This document shows, one piece after another, positions 8,786 to 17,251 of a stretch of DNA of 64,000 bases; position 1 is the first letter of the stretch, and every line of letters begins with the position of its first letter. A program made the position numbers and the translations under genes. This DNA is from a bacterium (GTDB lineage Bacteria > Patescibacteriota > Microgenomatia > UBA10105 > UBA927): NCBI GenBank assembly GCA_021817785.1, contig JAKAFY010000002.1, positions 11,750-75,749 of the forward strand, given 5' to 3'. Under the pieces are notes generated by a model. The model did not search any database, was not told the DNA's origin, and saw only the letters and a program-made list of their open reading frames with translations.

Positions 8786-9808
8786 TTATCGGGATGGTTG
8801 TTCCCGGAGCAATGAGAGTACTTTTTGGTGTATTTCTGGGGTTCTGCTGATGACAAAAGGTATGCGATAAGTATCATCTTCGTGTTTTTCAATGACATGA
8901 CGTACTATGGCAGATATATCTATGGGATTGTTATCCCAGTCCGTGACAGGATACCCGAGTGCTTGAGCTGCTGATGCCCAGATAGCGACTTCGTACCATG
9001 GATTTCCTTTGATGGGATCGATGATCGTGTCTATGGTTCCTTCCTGAAGGCCCAATACGGCATAGCCGCTAGCGCAGTCTAGGTCCCATTTGCCGCCCCT
9101 GGTAAATAATGGAAGCGAGCGGAGATTGTGCATCCGTCGGGTTAGTGTAGCGACGCGAACTGATTGGGTGTCACTGTTTTGGTCAATAGGTGGTAGAGCA
9201 AAATTCGTGTAGACGCGGGTCTGATCGGTACATTCGATAAAGGCGAATCTGGTATCTACTAAGCTTGCGATTCCGACCGTTTTGAGCGTTCCATTTTGGT
9301 CAAATATCGAAATGCCGGTTGTTTGTACCCGATTGCCTTTGGTTAACGAATGCGTCATGTCCAAGGGGTCGATAATAGCAAATCGGAGACCATCCCGTGG
9401 TACTGCGGAATTATTCTCGGGAGTTGCCCGTTCCCAGGCTGCACTTTCTTCGCTGCGCAACCAAAATTTAGGGATATCTTTTGTTTGAGCGGCAAGTTGT
9501 AATGCGACGGCAGTTCCAATTTCGTCGATACTGCGGTGCGGATTGTATTCTGGGCCTCCTGTGGGTTCCAATAAATCTGCGTTAACCAATGCCATATCGT
9601 TTAATGCAGGAATAAGAAGTCGCTGGGTGGCGGTAAGATACGCAAAGACAAATTTTCCCTCCGGAGTGGTTGCGATATCGGATTCTTTTGCTTCTTTTTG
9701 TGCCTGTTCAAGAACGCTCGGCATTCGGGAGAGAATATCCCGATAGGATTGCACGGATTTTTGTTCCCGTTGCGAAAGAAGTCGTGCCCGTTCGGCTGTG
9801 GCTGCCAT
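8786..9808 (-). CDS. inositol monophosphatase / 3'(2'),5'-bisphosphate nucleotidase family protein
   Basis: AIIDPLDMTHS resembles the IMPase DPIDGT metal-binding motif, and WDLDCASGYAVL resembles the WDxAAG motif. Confidence 0.65.
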   Translation of the reverse strand: MAATAERARLLSQREQKSVQSYRDILSRMPSVLEQAQKEAKESDIATTPEGKFVFAYLTATQRLLIPALNDMALVNADLLEPTGGPEYNPHRSIDEIGTAVALQLAAQTKDIPKFWLRSEESAAWERATPENNSAVPRDGLRFAIIDPLDMTHSLTKGNRVQTTGISIFDQNGTLKTVGIASLVDTRFAFIECTDQTRVYTNFALPPIDQNSDTQSVRVATLTRRMHNLRSLPLFTRGGKWDLDCASGYAVLGLQEGTIDTIIDPIKGNPWYEVAIWASAAQALGYPVTDWDNNPIDISAIVRHVIEKHEDDTYRIPFVISRTPEIHQKVLSLLREQPSR

Positions 9809-9916
9809 AGGCGGATGGTATCAAAATATGGCCTATAATGCAAATTAGATAGGTTGATTAGATTCTATTGCAGTATTCTCCAATTTGTATAAGAAACAAT
9901 ATAAAAAAGTGTGCAT

Positions 9917-10186
9917 CTAAAATTTTCCTCCCTTTTTTCCGCGGCGAAGAAATTGAAGCGGCCCCCTTTTAATAGCGATATTTCCATTGTTATCTATCGT
10001 TATGTGACCATCGGACCGGGCTATTGTTGTTTGTAACATTCTTTCTGATGCGCCCGCTGCTTCAAGAACGTCTTTCGCATTGACGGATAATTTATTGTCG
10101 CCAAGAAGACCACGTAAAATACTTTCAATTTTTGTTGCCGGGCCATCGGTCTTTCTCCGGATATATTTATCTAACATACGATTCAA
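9917..10186 (-). CDS. small hypothetical protein
   Basis: 89-aa ORF in an intergenic region with no recognisable domain. Confidence 0.25.
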   Translation of the reverse strand: MNRMLDKYIRRKTDGPATKIESILRGLLGDNKLSVNAKDVLEAAGASERMLQTTIARSDGHITIDNNGNIAIKRGPLQFLRRGKKGGKF

Positions 10187-10245
10187 ATTATATCATAAAA
10201 ATGATCATAAATATAGTTATAGGATATGATATACTACCGATTTGT

Positions 10246-11070
10246 ATGGCCATGATTGAACGTTCTACATTTCGATCGCCCGAAACGCACCCTCATTCCA
10301 CGCGTGCATTGTTGTGGGCAACGCTGACCAGCGCTACTGTGGAAAAGGACTATGTGCCGAACCGAGAGCGGCAAAACACGGTATTTGACCGCATAGACTG
10401 GAGCACATTTGAGTCCGAAGTGGCTGCAGAATCGACAGGAACTGGTGAAGGAGCGGGAAAAAGGCTTCGCGGTAAGATTTTTGAGATGTTTATTCAGGCG
10501 GATCCTGAATTCGGAGAGCGTACTCCGTTGGAAAAGGAATTATTGGCCTTGGCTCACAATCCAGATGCATTTGGATTGGGGAAAGAATTAGGCTACCACC
10601 GAAACCCCGATATGGCGTTTCTTATTGTCCAAAAAGAGGATGGTGTGGTCATCGAGGGAGTCGGAGAATCGAAATTGGGACTACTAAACGAGCGCTCGTT
10701 TAAACAACTATCCGAAACAGGCTTTGCTGCCGGGGTGAAAGCGTTAGCAGACGTGGTCAATACATTGCCGAACCCAGAAGCGCATGGGCTTGTCGAAGTG
10801 GCAAAAGCACGACAGGCACTGGCTCCGGGCAAGCAGCTGCTTACAATCTCTCCGGAATTTACCCAGCTTCTTGTGGTGCCTGCAAACCGCACAATTGAGT
10901 GGGCGAGCACGCTTATTAACCGCCGAGAGTTTAGTCCAGCCGGCAGGCAGGAGTTTTACGAGTTATTGAACGATACCCGTCATGTTCGGACGGCGAGAGC
11001 GGCCTTTAGTACGGCAGAGGTATCCGCAGTTGCGAATTGTTTTTCTCGCAATTTGACGAGAGGTACATAA
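10246..11070 (+). CDS. hypothetical protein
   Basis: Start trimmed to the ATG at 10246 within ORF 10132-11070. No recognisable domain. Its last roughly 55 nt are duplicated at 12036-12090. Confidence 0.4.
   Translation: MAMIERSTFRSPETHPHSTRALLWATLTSATVEKDYVPNRERQNTVFDRIDWSTFESEVAAESTGTGEGAGKRLRGKIFEMFIQADPEFGERTPLEKELLALAHNPDAFGLGKELGYHRNPDMAFLIVQKEDGVVIEGVGESKLGLLNERSFKQLSETGFAAGVKALADVVNTLPNPEAHGLVEVAKARQALAPGKQLLTISPEFTQLLVVPANRTIEWASTLINRREFSPAGRQEFYELLNDTRHVRTARAAFSTAEVSAVANCFSRNLTRGT
10984..11039 (+). repeat. 55-bp direct repeat, left copy (3' end of the 10246-11070 gene)
   Basis: GTTCGGACGGCGAGAGCGGCCTTTAGTACGGCAGAGGTATCCGCAGTTGCGAATTG is about 87% identical to 12036-12090. Confidence 0.6.
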
Positions 11071-11117
11071 TTTTTTTCTCTCTTTGTTATATTCGTGGTA
11101 TACTCCTGGGCTGTCCT

Positions 11118-11924
11118 ATGCTGCGAAGTCAATTTATTGAGTGTGTGCATGATATTTACCCGTCGCCGAGTAATTTGTTGTCGTCGGTTGCGCGGCGCAA
11201 CCTGTCTGTTCTGAAGCAGTTGTTTCCTGAGTCTAAAAGAGAACGGGATCTATGGCCTTGGCGTATCAGACAAGTAGGAGATGGACAATTGGAATTAAAA
11301 GGGAGCAATAATACATCTGCACTCGCAAGTACCATATATGTAGATATTGTAGCAGGACGTATACAACGGAGTGATACACGAAGAGGGCGGGCAGACCTTT
11401 TAATGCTCCCCACGGCATTATCTTGTATGCGTCGCGTTGCAAAAGCGTATCGTATGCACGTGGTTGGAAATGAACCGATCGTGCAGCGCAGAGGTGTGAG
11501 ACTGGAAACGGAGCCACTTCATGATGAAAGTGCAGTGATTTCTTCTCTTGCGTCGTGCACGGTTGGCAATACGTTTCCGTACGGTAGCTTGCTTGCTCAT
11601 ACCGCGGAAACGGTGATGTCAGATACAAAATGCGGCCGGTGTTTGACCCAACGACCTTTCACGGCGTCGTGGGAGATACAAGTTGCCCTCAAGGGAAAAC
11701 GGCCGTTTGAACGATTGTTTGCTGCGCCATTTGGAAACACGATTGTCTACGTTGCCGGATTTGGTGATCATAGAGACATGTCAGATACACACTGGTCGTT
11801 GCTCAAAGACACCTTTCCTTGGGTTATAAAACAAAAGGGAAACGCAACAAGAACCTGGGATTGGGTGATTAGTCGCATGGGTTCCAATCCAGTGAATATG
11901 CTAAAGACAAATAGCTGGCGGTGA
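11118..11924 (+). CDS. hypothetical protein flanked by direct repeats
   Basis: Start trimmed to the ATG at 11118. No recognisable domain. It sits between 55-bp direct repeats. Confidence 0.4.
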   Translation: MLRSQFIECVHDIYPSPSNLLSSVARRNLSVLKQLFPESKRERDLWPWRIRQVGDGQLELKGSNNTSALASTIYVDIVAGRIQRSDTRRGRADLLMLPTALSCMRRVAKAYRMHVVGNEPIVQRRGVRLETEPLHDESAVISSLASCTVGNTFPYGSLLAHTAETVMSDTKCGRCLTQRPFTASWEIQVALKGKRPFERLFAAPFGNTIVYVAGFGDHRDMSDTHWSLLKDTFPWVIKQKGNATRTWDWVISRMGSNPVNMLKTNSWR

Positions 11925-12035
11925 TTATTTGGCGCACATTTTTTTGTTATCTATCGTACAGTCCTAATGCGTTTAGCGCAGTTGAATGTGATTATGTTCG
12001 GTCGAAAGCAGAAAGTACAAGTGTTGTTTGGCAAC

Positions 12036-12090
12036 GTTCGGACGGTGAGAGCGGCCTTTAGTACGGCAGAAGTAAGCGCGGTGGCGAATG
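12036..12090 (+). repeat. 55-bp direct repeat, right copy (intergenic)
   Basis: GTTCGGACGGTGAGAGCGGCCTTTAGTACGGCAGAAGTAAGCGCGGTGGCGAATG. Together with the left copy it brackets the 11118-11924 ORF. Confidence 0.6.
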
Positions 12091-12269
12091 TCTTATTTAA
12101 AGCCAGGCTTTGAGATTGGTTAGCTCATTGTGGCGAGCTAAATTTTTTAGTTCAGATATCATCTGGACACAAAAACATTCATTTCCGTACAATTCCATAT
12201 TTTTTCATTAGAGCGTACAAAATGGTGTTAAAAAATACGTTTGATAGGGGTAAAAAACGAAGGAATGAA

Positions 12270-12551
12270 TTAGTTGTCGCTAGTGTTGACCGCGTCTTCT
12301 GCAATTCTTTTTTTCAAAAGTCGTCGTAATCGTATCGTTAAGTTTGATAACAGATCGGTCTTCGTGTCTGGTGTAGACTCCATGAGTGTAACGTCACCTT
12401 GTATGGCTTGATTTATTCCCTGAATTCTTCTAAACGCTTGTACTTGCTGCAAATCCTTTCGATTCATTGATGTGCTGCCTTTTTTTTCTGCCATATTTAA
12501 TAAATATATTAAATATAATTTCCAATGTCTATATTTTACAAATAAGGTCAA
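12270..12551 (-). CDS. small hypothetical protein
   Basis: 93-aa ORF upstream of lepA on the opposite strand with no recognisable domain. Confidence 0.25.
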   Translation of the reverse strand: MTLFVKYRHWKLYLIYLLNMAEKKGSTSMNRKDLQQVQAFRRIQGINQAIQGDVTLMESTPDTKTDLLSNLTIRLRRLLKKRIAEDAVNTSDN

Positions 12552-12627
12552 GCGTTAAATTTGACTAGGCTATTATAACGCGCTAAATTTTTATCACTTC
12601 TTGCATTTTTTCTGATACAATAGCTTC

Positions 12628-14646
12628 ATGTCAGATCAATCCCACATTCGAAATTTCGCCATCATTGCCCACATAGATCATGGCAAGAGCACGCTTGCTG
12701 ATCGGTTGTTGGAGCTTACCCATACTGTCGCTCAGCGGGACATGCATGCCCAGCTTCTGGATAGCAACCCCATCGAGCAGGAGAGGGGGATTACCATCAA
12801 ATTAGCGCCGGTGCGGATGATGTATCAAGCGAAAAACGAAAATGGAAAAACGAAAAATGAACATACGCAACACATTTCAGATTTTCCATCGTACATTTTA
12901 AATTTAATTGATACTCCGGGACACGTAGACTTTGGGTATGAAGTCAGTAGGTCGTTGGCGGCCTGTGAAGGCGCGCTCCTCGTCGTCGATGCGACGCAGG
13001 GCGTACAGGCCCAGACATTGGCCAACCTGCATCAAGCCCGTCAGCACAATCTCACCATTATTCCTTTGATAAACAAAGTCGATATGCCGCATGCTCGGAT
13101 TGCAGAAACACGAGAGGAGCTTAGAAGCTTAGGTTTTAACGATGAAGAAATGATCGAAATATCGGCAAAAACCGGGGTAAACGTGGAGAAAGTGCTGGAA
13201 GCGGTTATCGAACGTATACCACCACCCCATGGAGATCCGGATGCGCCGCTTCGGGCGCTTATATTTTCGTCCCAATACGATACGCATAAAGGCGTCGTTA
13301 TATTTGTACGGGTAGTAGATGGTAGTATTCACTTTGATCCACTATTGAGACTGAGATTTATGGCATCAAAGAGTGACAACGCTCCTATAGAAGTTGGGTA
13401 CTTTTCCCCGCAGTGGGTGGCGACTACCGATTTGCATTGCGGCGAGGTAGGGTATATCGCCACGGGACTCAAAGATGTGAAGTTGGCAAAGGTCGGGGAT
13501 ACCGTAACGATACTCGAGCAACGAGCAGCGAGTAGAGAGAAAAGGGTGTCATCGACTCTCGATACTCGTTCCTCGATGCCCGTCCCGCTTACCGGGTACA
13601 AAGAGCCCAAGTCCATGGTGTTTTTGGGGCTGTTCCCGCTGGCTGCGGATGAATATCAGGAAACGCGGGAAGCGGTAGAAAAGCTTCAGCTATCAGACAG
13701 TGCGTTTTCGTTCCGGCCCATATCGTCGCTTGCTTTGGGCAACGGCTTCCACTGCGGATTTTTAGGACTCCTGCATGCAGAAGTGGCCCAGGAACGGATT
13801 TTGCGTGAATTTGGCCTCACCATGATCGCGACCAGTCCGAGTGTGGAATATCACCTAACCCTTCATCCCGGAGTTGATTATCATAAACTTGGTTTTACAC
13901 AATCATCTGTCATTGCGAGTGAAACGAAGCAATCTCATGATGATAACGAGATCGCCACGTCCCGCGATGGCGGGACTCGCGATGACATGGGGGTGACGGT
14001 TGCCATCCAGTCTGCGGAAGAGTATCCGGATCCTTCACAGGTGGCGTCCGTCAAGGAGCCGATTATGAGCGTGGATATTTACAGCCCGAAAAAGTATACC
14101 GGCGCCATCATGCAACTTTCCCAGGAAAAACGGGGGGTGTATATGGACTTGACGTACGTTGGAGACCAAGCGCACTTTGTATACCTTATTCCGCTTTCCG
14201 AAATGATCGTCGACTTCTTTGATCGGCTAAAGAGCGTGACCGAAGGGTACGCCAGTTTGGACTACGAATTTTTTGATTGGCAAGAGGTAGAAGTCGTTAA
14301 GGTCGATATATTGGTCAATAAAGAACAGGTCGATGCACTGTCATTTCTCATCACCCGCGATGCGGCACTACAGCGCAGTCGTGAGCTGGTGGAACGCTTG
14401 GCAGGAGTGATTCCTCGCCAGCAGTTTGAAATCCCCATACAGGCCACCATAGGCGGCCAGGTGATCGCACGATCGGACGTGAAAGCGTTTCGCAAAGACG
14501 TCACGCGCAAGCTCTATGGCGGTGACCGCACCCGGAAAGACAAACTCTTGGAAGCACAAAAGAAAGGCAAGGCGAAGATGAAAATGATCGGGAGAGTGGA
14601 GATACCACAGTCAGCGTTCTTTCAGGTGCTGAAGCGGACGAATTGA
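12628..14646 (+). CDS. lepA: elongation factor 4 (LepA) translational GTPase with three in-frame insertions
   Basis: IRNFAIIAHIDHGKSTLADRLLE G1 motif, DTPGHVDF, NKVD, and LepA-specific C-terminal domains. At 672 aa it is about 70 aa longer than typical LepA. Confidence 0.92.
   Translation: MSDQSHIRNFAIIAHIDHGKSTLADRLLELTHTVAQRDMHAQLLDSNPIEQERGITIKLAPVRMMYQAKNENGKTKNEHTQHISDFPSYILNLIDTPGHVDFGYEVSRSLAACEGALLVVDATQGVQAQTLANLHQARQHNLTIIPLINKVDMPHARIAETREELRSLGFNDEEMIEISAKTGVNVEKVLEAVIERIPPPHGDPDAPLRALIFSSQYDTHKGVVIFVRVVDGSIHFDPLLRLRFMASKSDNAPIEVGYFSPQWVATTDLHCGEVGYIATGLKDVKLAKVGDTVTILEQRAASREKRVSSTLDTRSSMPVPLTGYKEPKSMVFLGLFPLAADEYQETREAVEKLQLSDSAFSFRPISSLALGNGFHCGFLGLLHAEVAQERILREFGLTMIATSPSVEYHLTLHPGVDYHKLGFTQSSVIASETKQSHDDNEIATSRDGGTRDDMGVTVAIQSAEEYPDPSQVASVKEPIMSVDIYSPKKYTGAIMQLSQEKRGVYMDLTYVGDQAHFVYLIPLSEMIVDFFDRLKSVTEGYASLDYEFFDWQEVEVVKVDILVNKEQVDALSFLITRDAALQRSRELVERLAGVIPRQQFEIPIQATIGGQVIARSDVKAFRKDVTRKLYGGDRTRKDKLLEAQKKGKAKMKMIGRVEIPQSAFFQVLKRTN
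13510..13580. repeat. family-A in-frame repetitive element in lepA
   Basis: CTCGAGCAACGAGCAGCGAG...CTCTCGATACTCG encodes EQRAASREKRVSSTLDTRSS, about 17 aa longer than LepA orthologs at this loop. Confidence 0.6.
13909..13986. repeat. family-B palindromic element, 78-bp in-frame copy in lepA
   Basis: GTCATTGCGAG...CGAAGCAATCT...GTCCCGCgatgGCGGGAC...CGCGATGAC, with terminal inverted repeats. It shares the 5' 13-mer and the CGAAGCAATCT box with 32608-32699, and is exactly 26 codons long. Confidence 0.65.
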
Positions 14647-15384
14647 TTATTTTGCGACCAGTTTCCGTTTCGTCAGTTTTTCCACGCCGTGGATCAACAG
14701 CTTTGATAGCAAAAATAATGCGACGTTTAGCCCCACGATCCATCCGATATTCGTTGCCATCCCAGAAAGAAAAAGCTGCACATCGTAGGCTACGGTGTCG
14801 GTGAGGGAGACGCGGATGCCCACTATGTAGAGCGCTGTTGCGATAAGGGCCACGATGATGGCTACCGGCCAGAAGCCATCCATATCTTCCGGAGAAGAAA
14901 ACATGGTGTTGGAAACGGCAAAAAGAGCGTACCCGGCGATAATCAGTAGATACACGGAAATATTAGAAAATACCGTGCCGGCTGCGGCATCGAGCTGTGT
15001 TTGCTGCCATAAGCCGGGAAGAAAATACGAAAGAAGCCCCAGCGCACCCAGTCCCACAAATACCGGTGCTACCCCGATAATCGCTCTGCGAATAGGATCG
15101 GATTGGGCGATAGAAACACTCCCGGTGCGCACCTCCGTTTTTTCCAATCCTTCGGGTACTAACGTAAGACCGCTTGTTTTTACGCCCAATATTTCTGCGA
15201 CAAACAGATGGGCGAGTTCATGAATCACCGTTCCCGGGAAAAAAATCAGGGAAAGAAATCCGATGCTCACTTCCCGCGATTTGGTGAGCAAAAAAGCGGC
15301 GACATACAGATTTTGCGTCATCCGGCGGGAGAGTAACCAGAGAAGAAAGAGTTCGATAGCAAGAAGTATGATGAGAAATGCCAT
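14647..15384 (-). CDS. putative membrane zinc metallopeptidase (M50B/DUF3267-like)
   Basis: HELAHLF (HExxH) motif at the edge of a TM segment, and about 6 TM helices in 245 aa. The gene is convergent with and abuts the lepA stop. Confidence 0.5.
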   Translation of the reverse strand: MAFLIILLAIELFLLWLLSRRMTQNLYVAAFLLTKSREVSIGFLSLIFFPGTVIHELAHLFVAEILGVKTSGLTLVPEGLEKTEVRTGSVSIAQSDPIRRAIIGVAPVFVGLGALGLLSYFLPGLWQQTQLDAAAGTVFSNISVYLLIIAGYALFAVSNTMFSSPEDMDGFWPVAIIVALIATALYIVGIRVSLTDTVAYDVQLFLSGMATNIGWIVGLNVALFLLSKLLIHGVEKLTKRKLVAK

Positions 15385-15513
15385 GGTTGCGTTCGGTAGC
15401 CGTTATGGTGTCAATTTGTTACTTTGTCAAAAGTTGCGCCTTTTTCTGCAATATTTGTCCAAGAAAGCGTTGCTTTTGTCTGCGAACTATGAACTTTCTT
15501 TCTGTAAACTCGT

Positions 15514-16452
15514 TTAGTGTCCGCCACCCTCGTTTTGGCCGGTCATGAGCGGCATAAAGAACATCAGTACTAATGCCCCTTTCATAAATAACGGCATAAG
15601 GACATCCATAAATGCCACTTGTTCTTCTGGAGACATGTGTTGTATCCGGCCGAATATCTCATGTGCTTTGGAAAGATTTTCTGTCGTTGTTTCTATTCCG
15701 GCAAGTTGCAAAATATTTTCCGGGGTCGGATGAAGACCTGTGAACCCGTCTACGCCGGTCAATTCTTTCCAGACTGGTTGTGCAAGATCGGCGTTGGTTT
15801 GCAATAACTGTGCGATGGTGCTTCCGGCATCCCGTGAGCCGGATTTGATTTGGTGTATGACTTCGGCGGGTACTGCTTTATCTGGGTGTGCTTCATTATA
15901 TGTCGCAATAATCGGAAGCAAAGCACTTTGCTCCGGATCAGGTTCGGGAAGCTTAAGGTCGGTAATCTGTTTTTGCAACGCATCGAGCTTTATGACGGCG
16001 TCGGGCGGCATGTCTGCATTACTCATTTTACTGACCATACGAAGCGCATCGAGACGCATTTCATTTCCGAGCGGTGTATCAGCGGCCTGTGTCGCAAGGG
16101 CGGAGAGAACCAAACGCATATCACGTAATTCCAATAGCAGGGCATTAGTCTCTGTCAGTAGGTGATCAATAGCTTCTTTATTTGGCAGAGACTCTTTTGT
16201 CCGGGTTGTCACCTCGGTATTCGTGGATGCCGATGTTTCAGTCGAAGAAACGCTTTTTGCGGCCGCAGCGTTTTCTGATATTATCTCTGTGGCTTCTGCC
16301 ACCGGAACTCCTCTGGCGATTTGTTCAAGCGCGGTATGGGCTGCATGAGCGGGTTTTGACTCGAATGGTGGTGCTGCTTGTGGTTTTTCTTTTGCGGCAA
16401 CCTGCGGATGTGGGTGTTCCTTTGGCGGGGGAATGGGTGCAATCTCTGTCAT
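15514..16452 (-). CDS. hypothetical protein with a low-complexity N-terminus and hydrophobic C-terminal tail
   Basis: 312 aa with a Pro/Ala/Glu-rich N-terminus and a C-terminal FMDVLMPLFMKGALVLMFFMPLM tail-anchor-like segment. Confidence 0.4.
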   Translation of the reverse strand: MTEIAPIPPPKEHPHPQVAAKEKPQAAPPFESKPAHAAHTALEQIARGVPVAEATEIISENAAAAKSVSSTETSASTNTEVTTRTKESLPNKEAIDHLLTETNALLLELRDMRLVLSALATQAADTPLGNEMRLDALRMVSKMSNADMPPDAVIKLDALQKQITDLKLPEPDPEQSALLPIIATYNEAHPDKAVPAEVIHQIKSGSRDAGSTIAQLLQTNADLAQPVWKELTGVDGFTGLHPTPENILQLAGIETTTENLSKAHEIFGRIQHMSPEEQVAFMDVLMPLFMKGALVLMFFMPLMTGQNEGGGH

Positions 16453-16554
16453 AGATATAGTATAGGCAGATTTATCTGTAGGAAGTCAATGTTGCTGCTA
16501 CATGATGCTCATGGACACACAATAAACCACTATATCTGTTTATCATTTGCTAAT

Positions 16555-16580
16555 TTCCCCAATTGGTGAAATTGACAAAT
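16555..16580 (+). promoter_or_regulatory. palindromic operator-like motif copy 1 (TTCCCCAATTGGTGAAATTGACAAAT)
   Basis: Contains CCAATTGG and the CAATT-N5-AATTG inverted repeat plus a TTGACA -35-like hexamer. It lies 30 bp upstream of the PaaX-like gene. Confidence 0.45.
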
Positions 16581-16608
16581 TACCATACTACATCGTACGA
16601 TAGGGAGT

Positions 16609-17190
16609 ATGGCTAGGCGGGGGGCTAAAAAAGACATGAAGCAGCACGCGACGAAAGAAATTATATTAGAGTTGTTGCGTGAGGGCGGAACCCTTCTTAT
16701 CAGCGCGATAAAAGCAGGCCAGGAGCTTCGGCATCTTCGGGTACTTCGTGACCCGCTTCCGTCCTGGGAAGCGTATTATCCTTCGTCGGTCAATCGGCAA
16801 CTCAACCGTTTGTGGCGGAAAGGATATGTGGATATACGGGAAACGACTGAAGGATATGTTGTAACGATTTCTGATCGGGGGAAGACAGAAGTGCTTCGGT
16901 ATGACCTCAATACGATGGCAATTCCTGCTCAAACACAGTGGGATGGTAAATGGCGCATGGTGATATTTGATATTCCTGGGAGCGAAGAAACCGTACGGTC
17001 CGCATTTCGTAATCATTTAAAATCATTGGGATTTTACCAAATGCAAAAAAGTGTCTATGTCTATCCCTACCCTTGCGACGAGCAAATTCATTATCTGCGT
17101 GAGGTGTACAACATTCCGCATTCCGTTAAAATCGCGACGATTTCTGAGCTGGAAAACGATGAAGATTTGCGAAAAATCTTTCATTTATAA
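16609..17190 (+). CDS. PaaX-family transcriptional regulator
   Basis: N-terminal winged-helix region, and the C-terminal WDGKWRMVIFDIPGSEETVRSAFRNHLKSLGFYQMQKSVYVYP matches the PaaX_C signature W-G-W-x-V-x-F-x-P-E...LGFG. Confidence 0.7.
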   Translation: MARRGAKKDMKQHATKEIILELLREGGTLLISAIKAGQELRHLRVLRDPLPSWEAYYPSSVNRQLNRLWRKGYVDIRETTEGYVVTISDRGKTEVLRYDLNTMAIPAQTQWDGKWRMVIFDIPGSEETVRSAFRNHLKSLGFYQMQKSVYVYPYPCDEQIHYLREVYNIPHSVKIATISELENDEDLRKIFHL

Positions 17191-17192
17191 GT

Positions 17193-17235
17193 ATATATTT
17201 GTCAATTTTCCCAATTGGTGGATTTGACAAATATA
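17193..17235 (+). promoter_or_regulatory. palindromic operator-like motif copy 2 (ATATATTTGTCAAT-tttCCCAATTGGtgg-ATTTGACAAATAT)
   Basis: Near-perfect 13-bp inverted repeat flanking the CCAATTGG core. It lies between the paaX-like stop and the first gene of the paralog array. Confidence 0.5.
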
Positions 17236-17251
17236 TCCAAATACACAGCAT

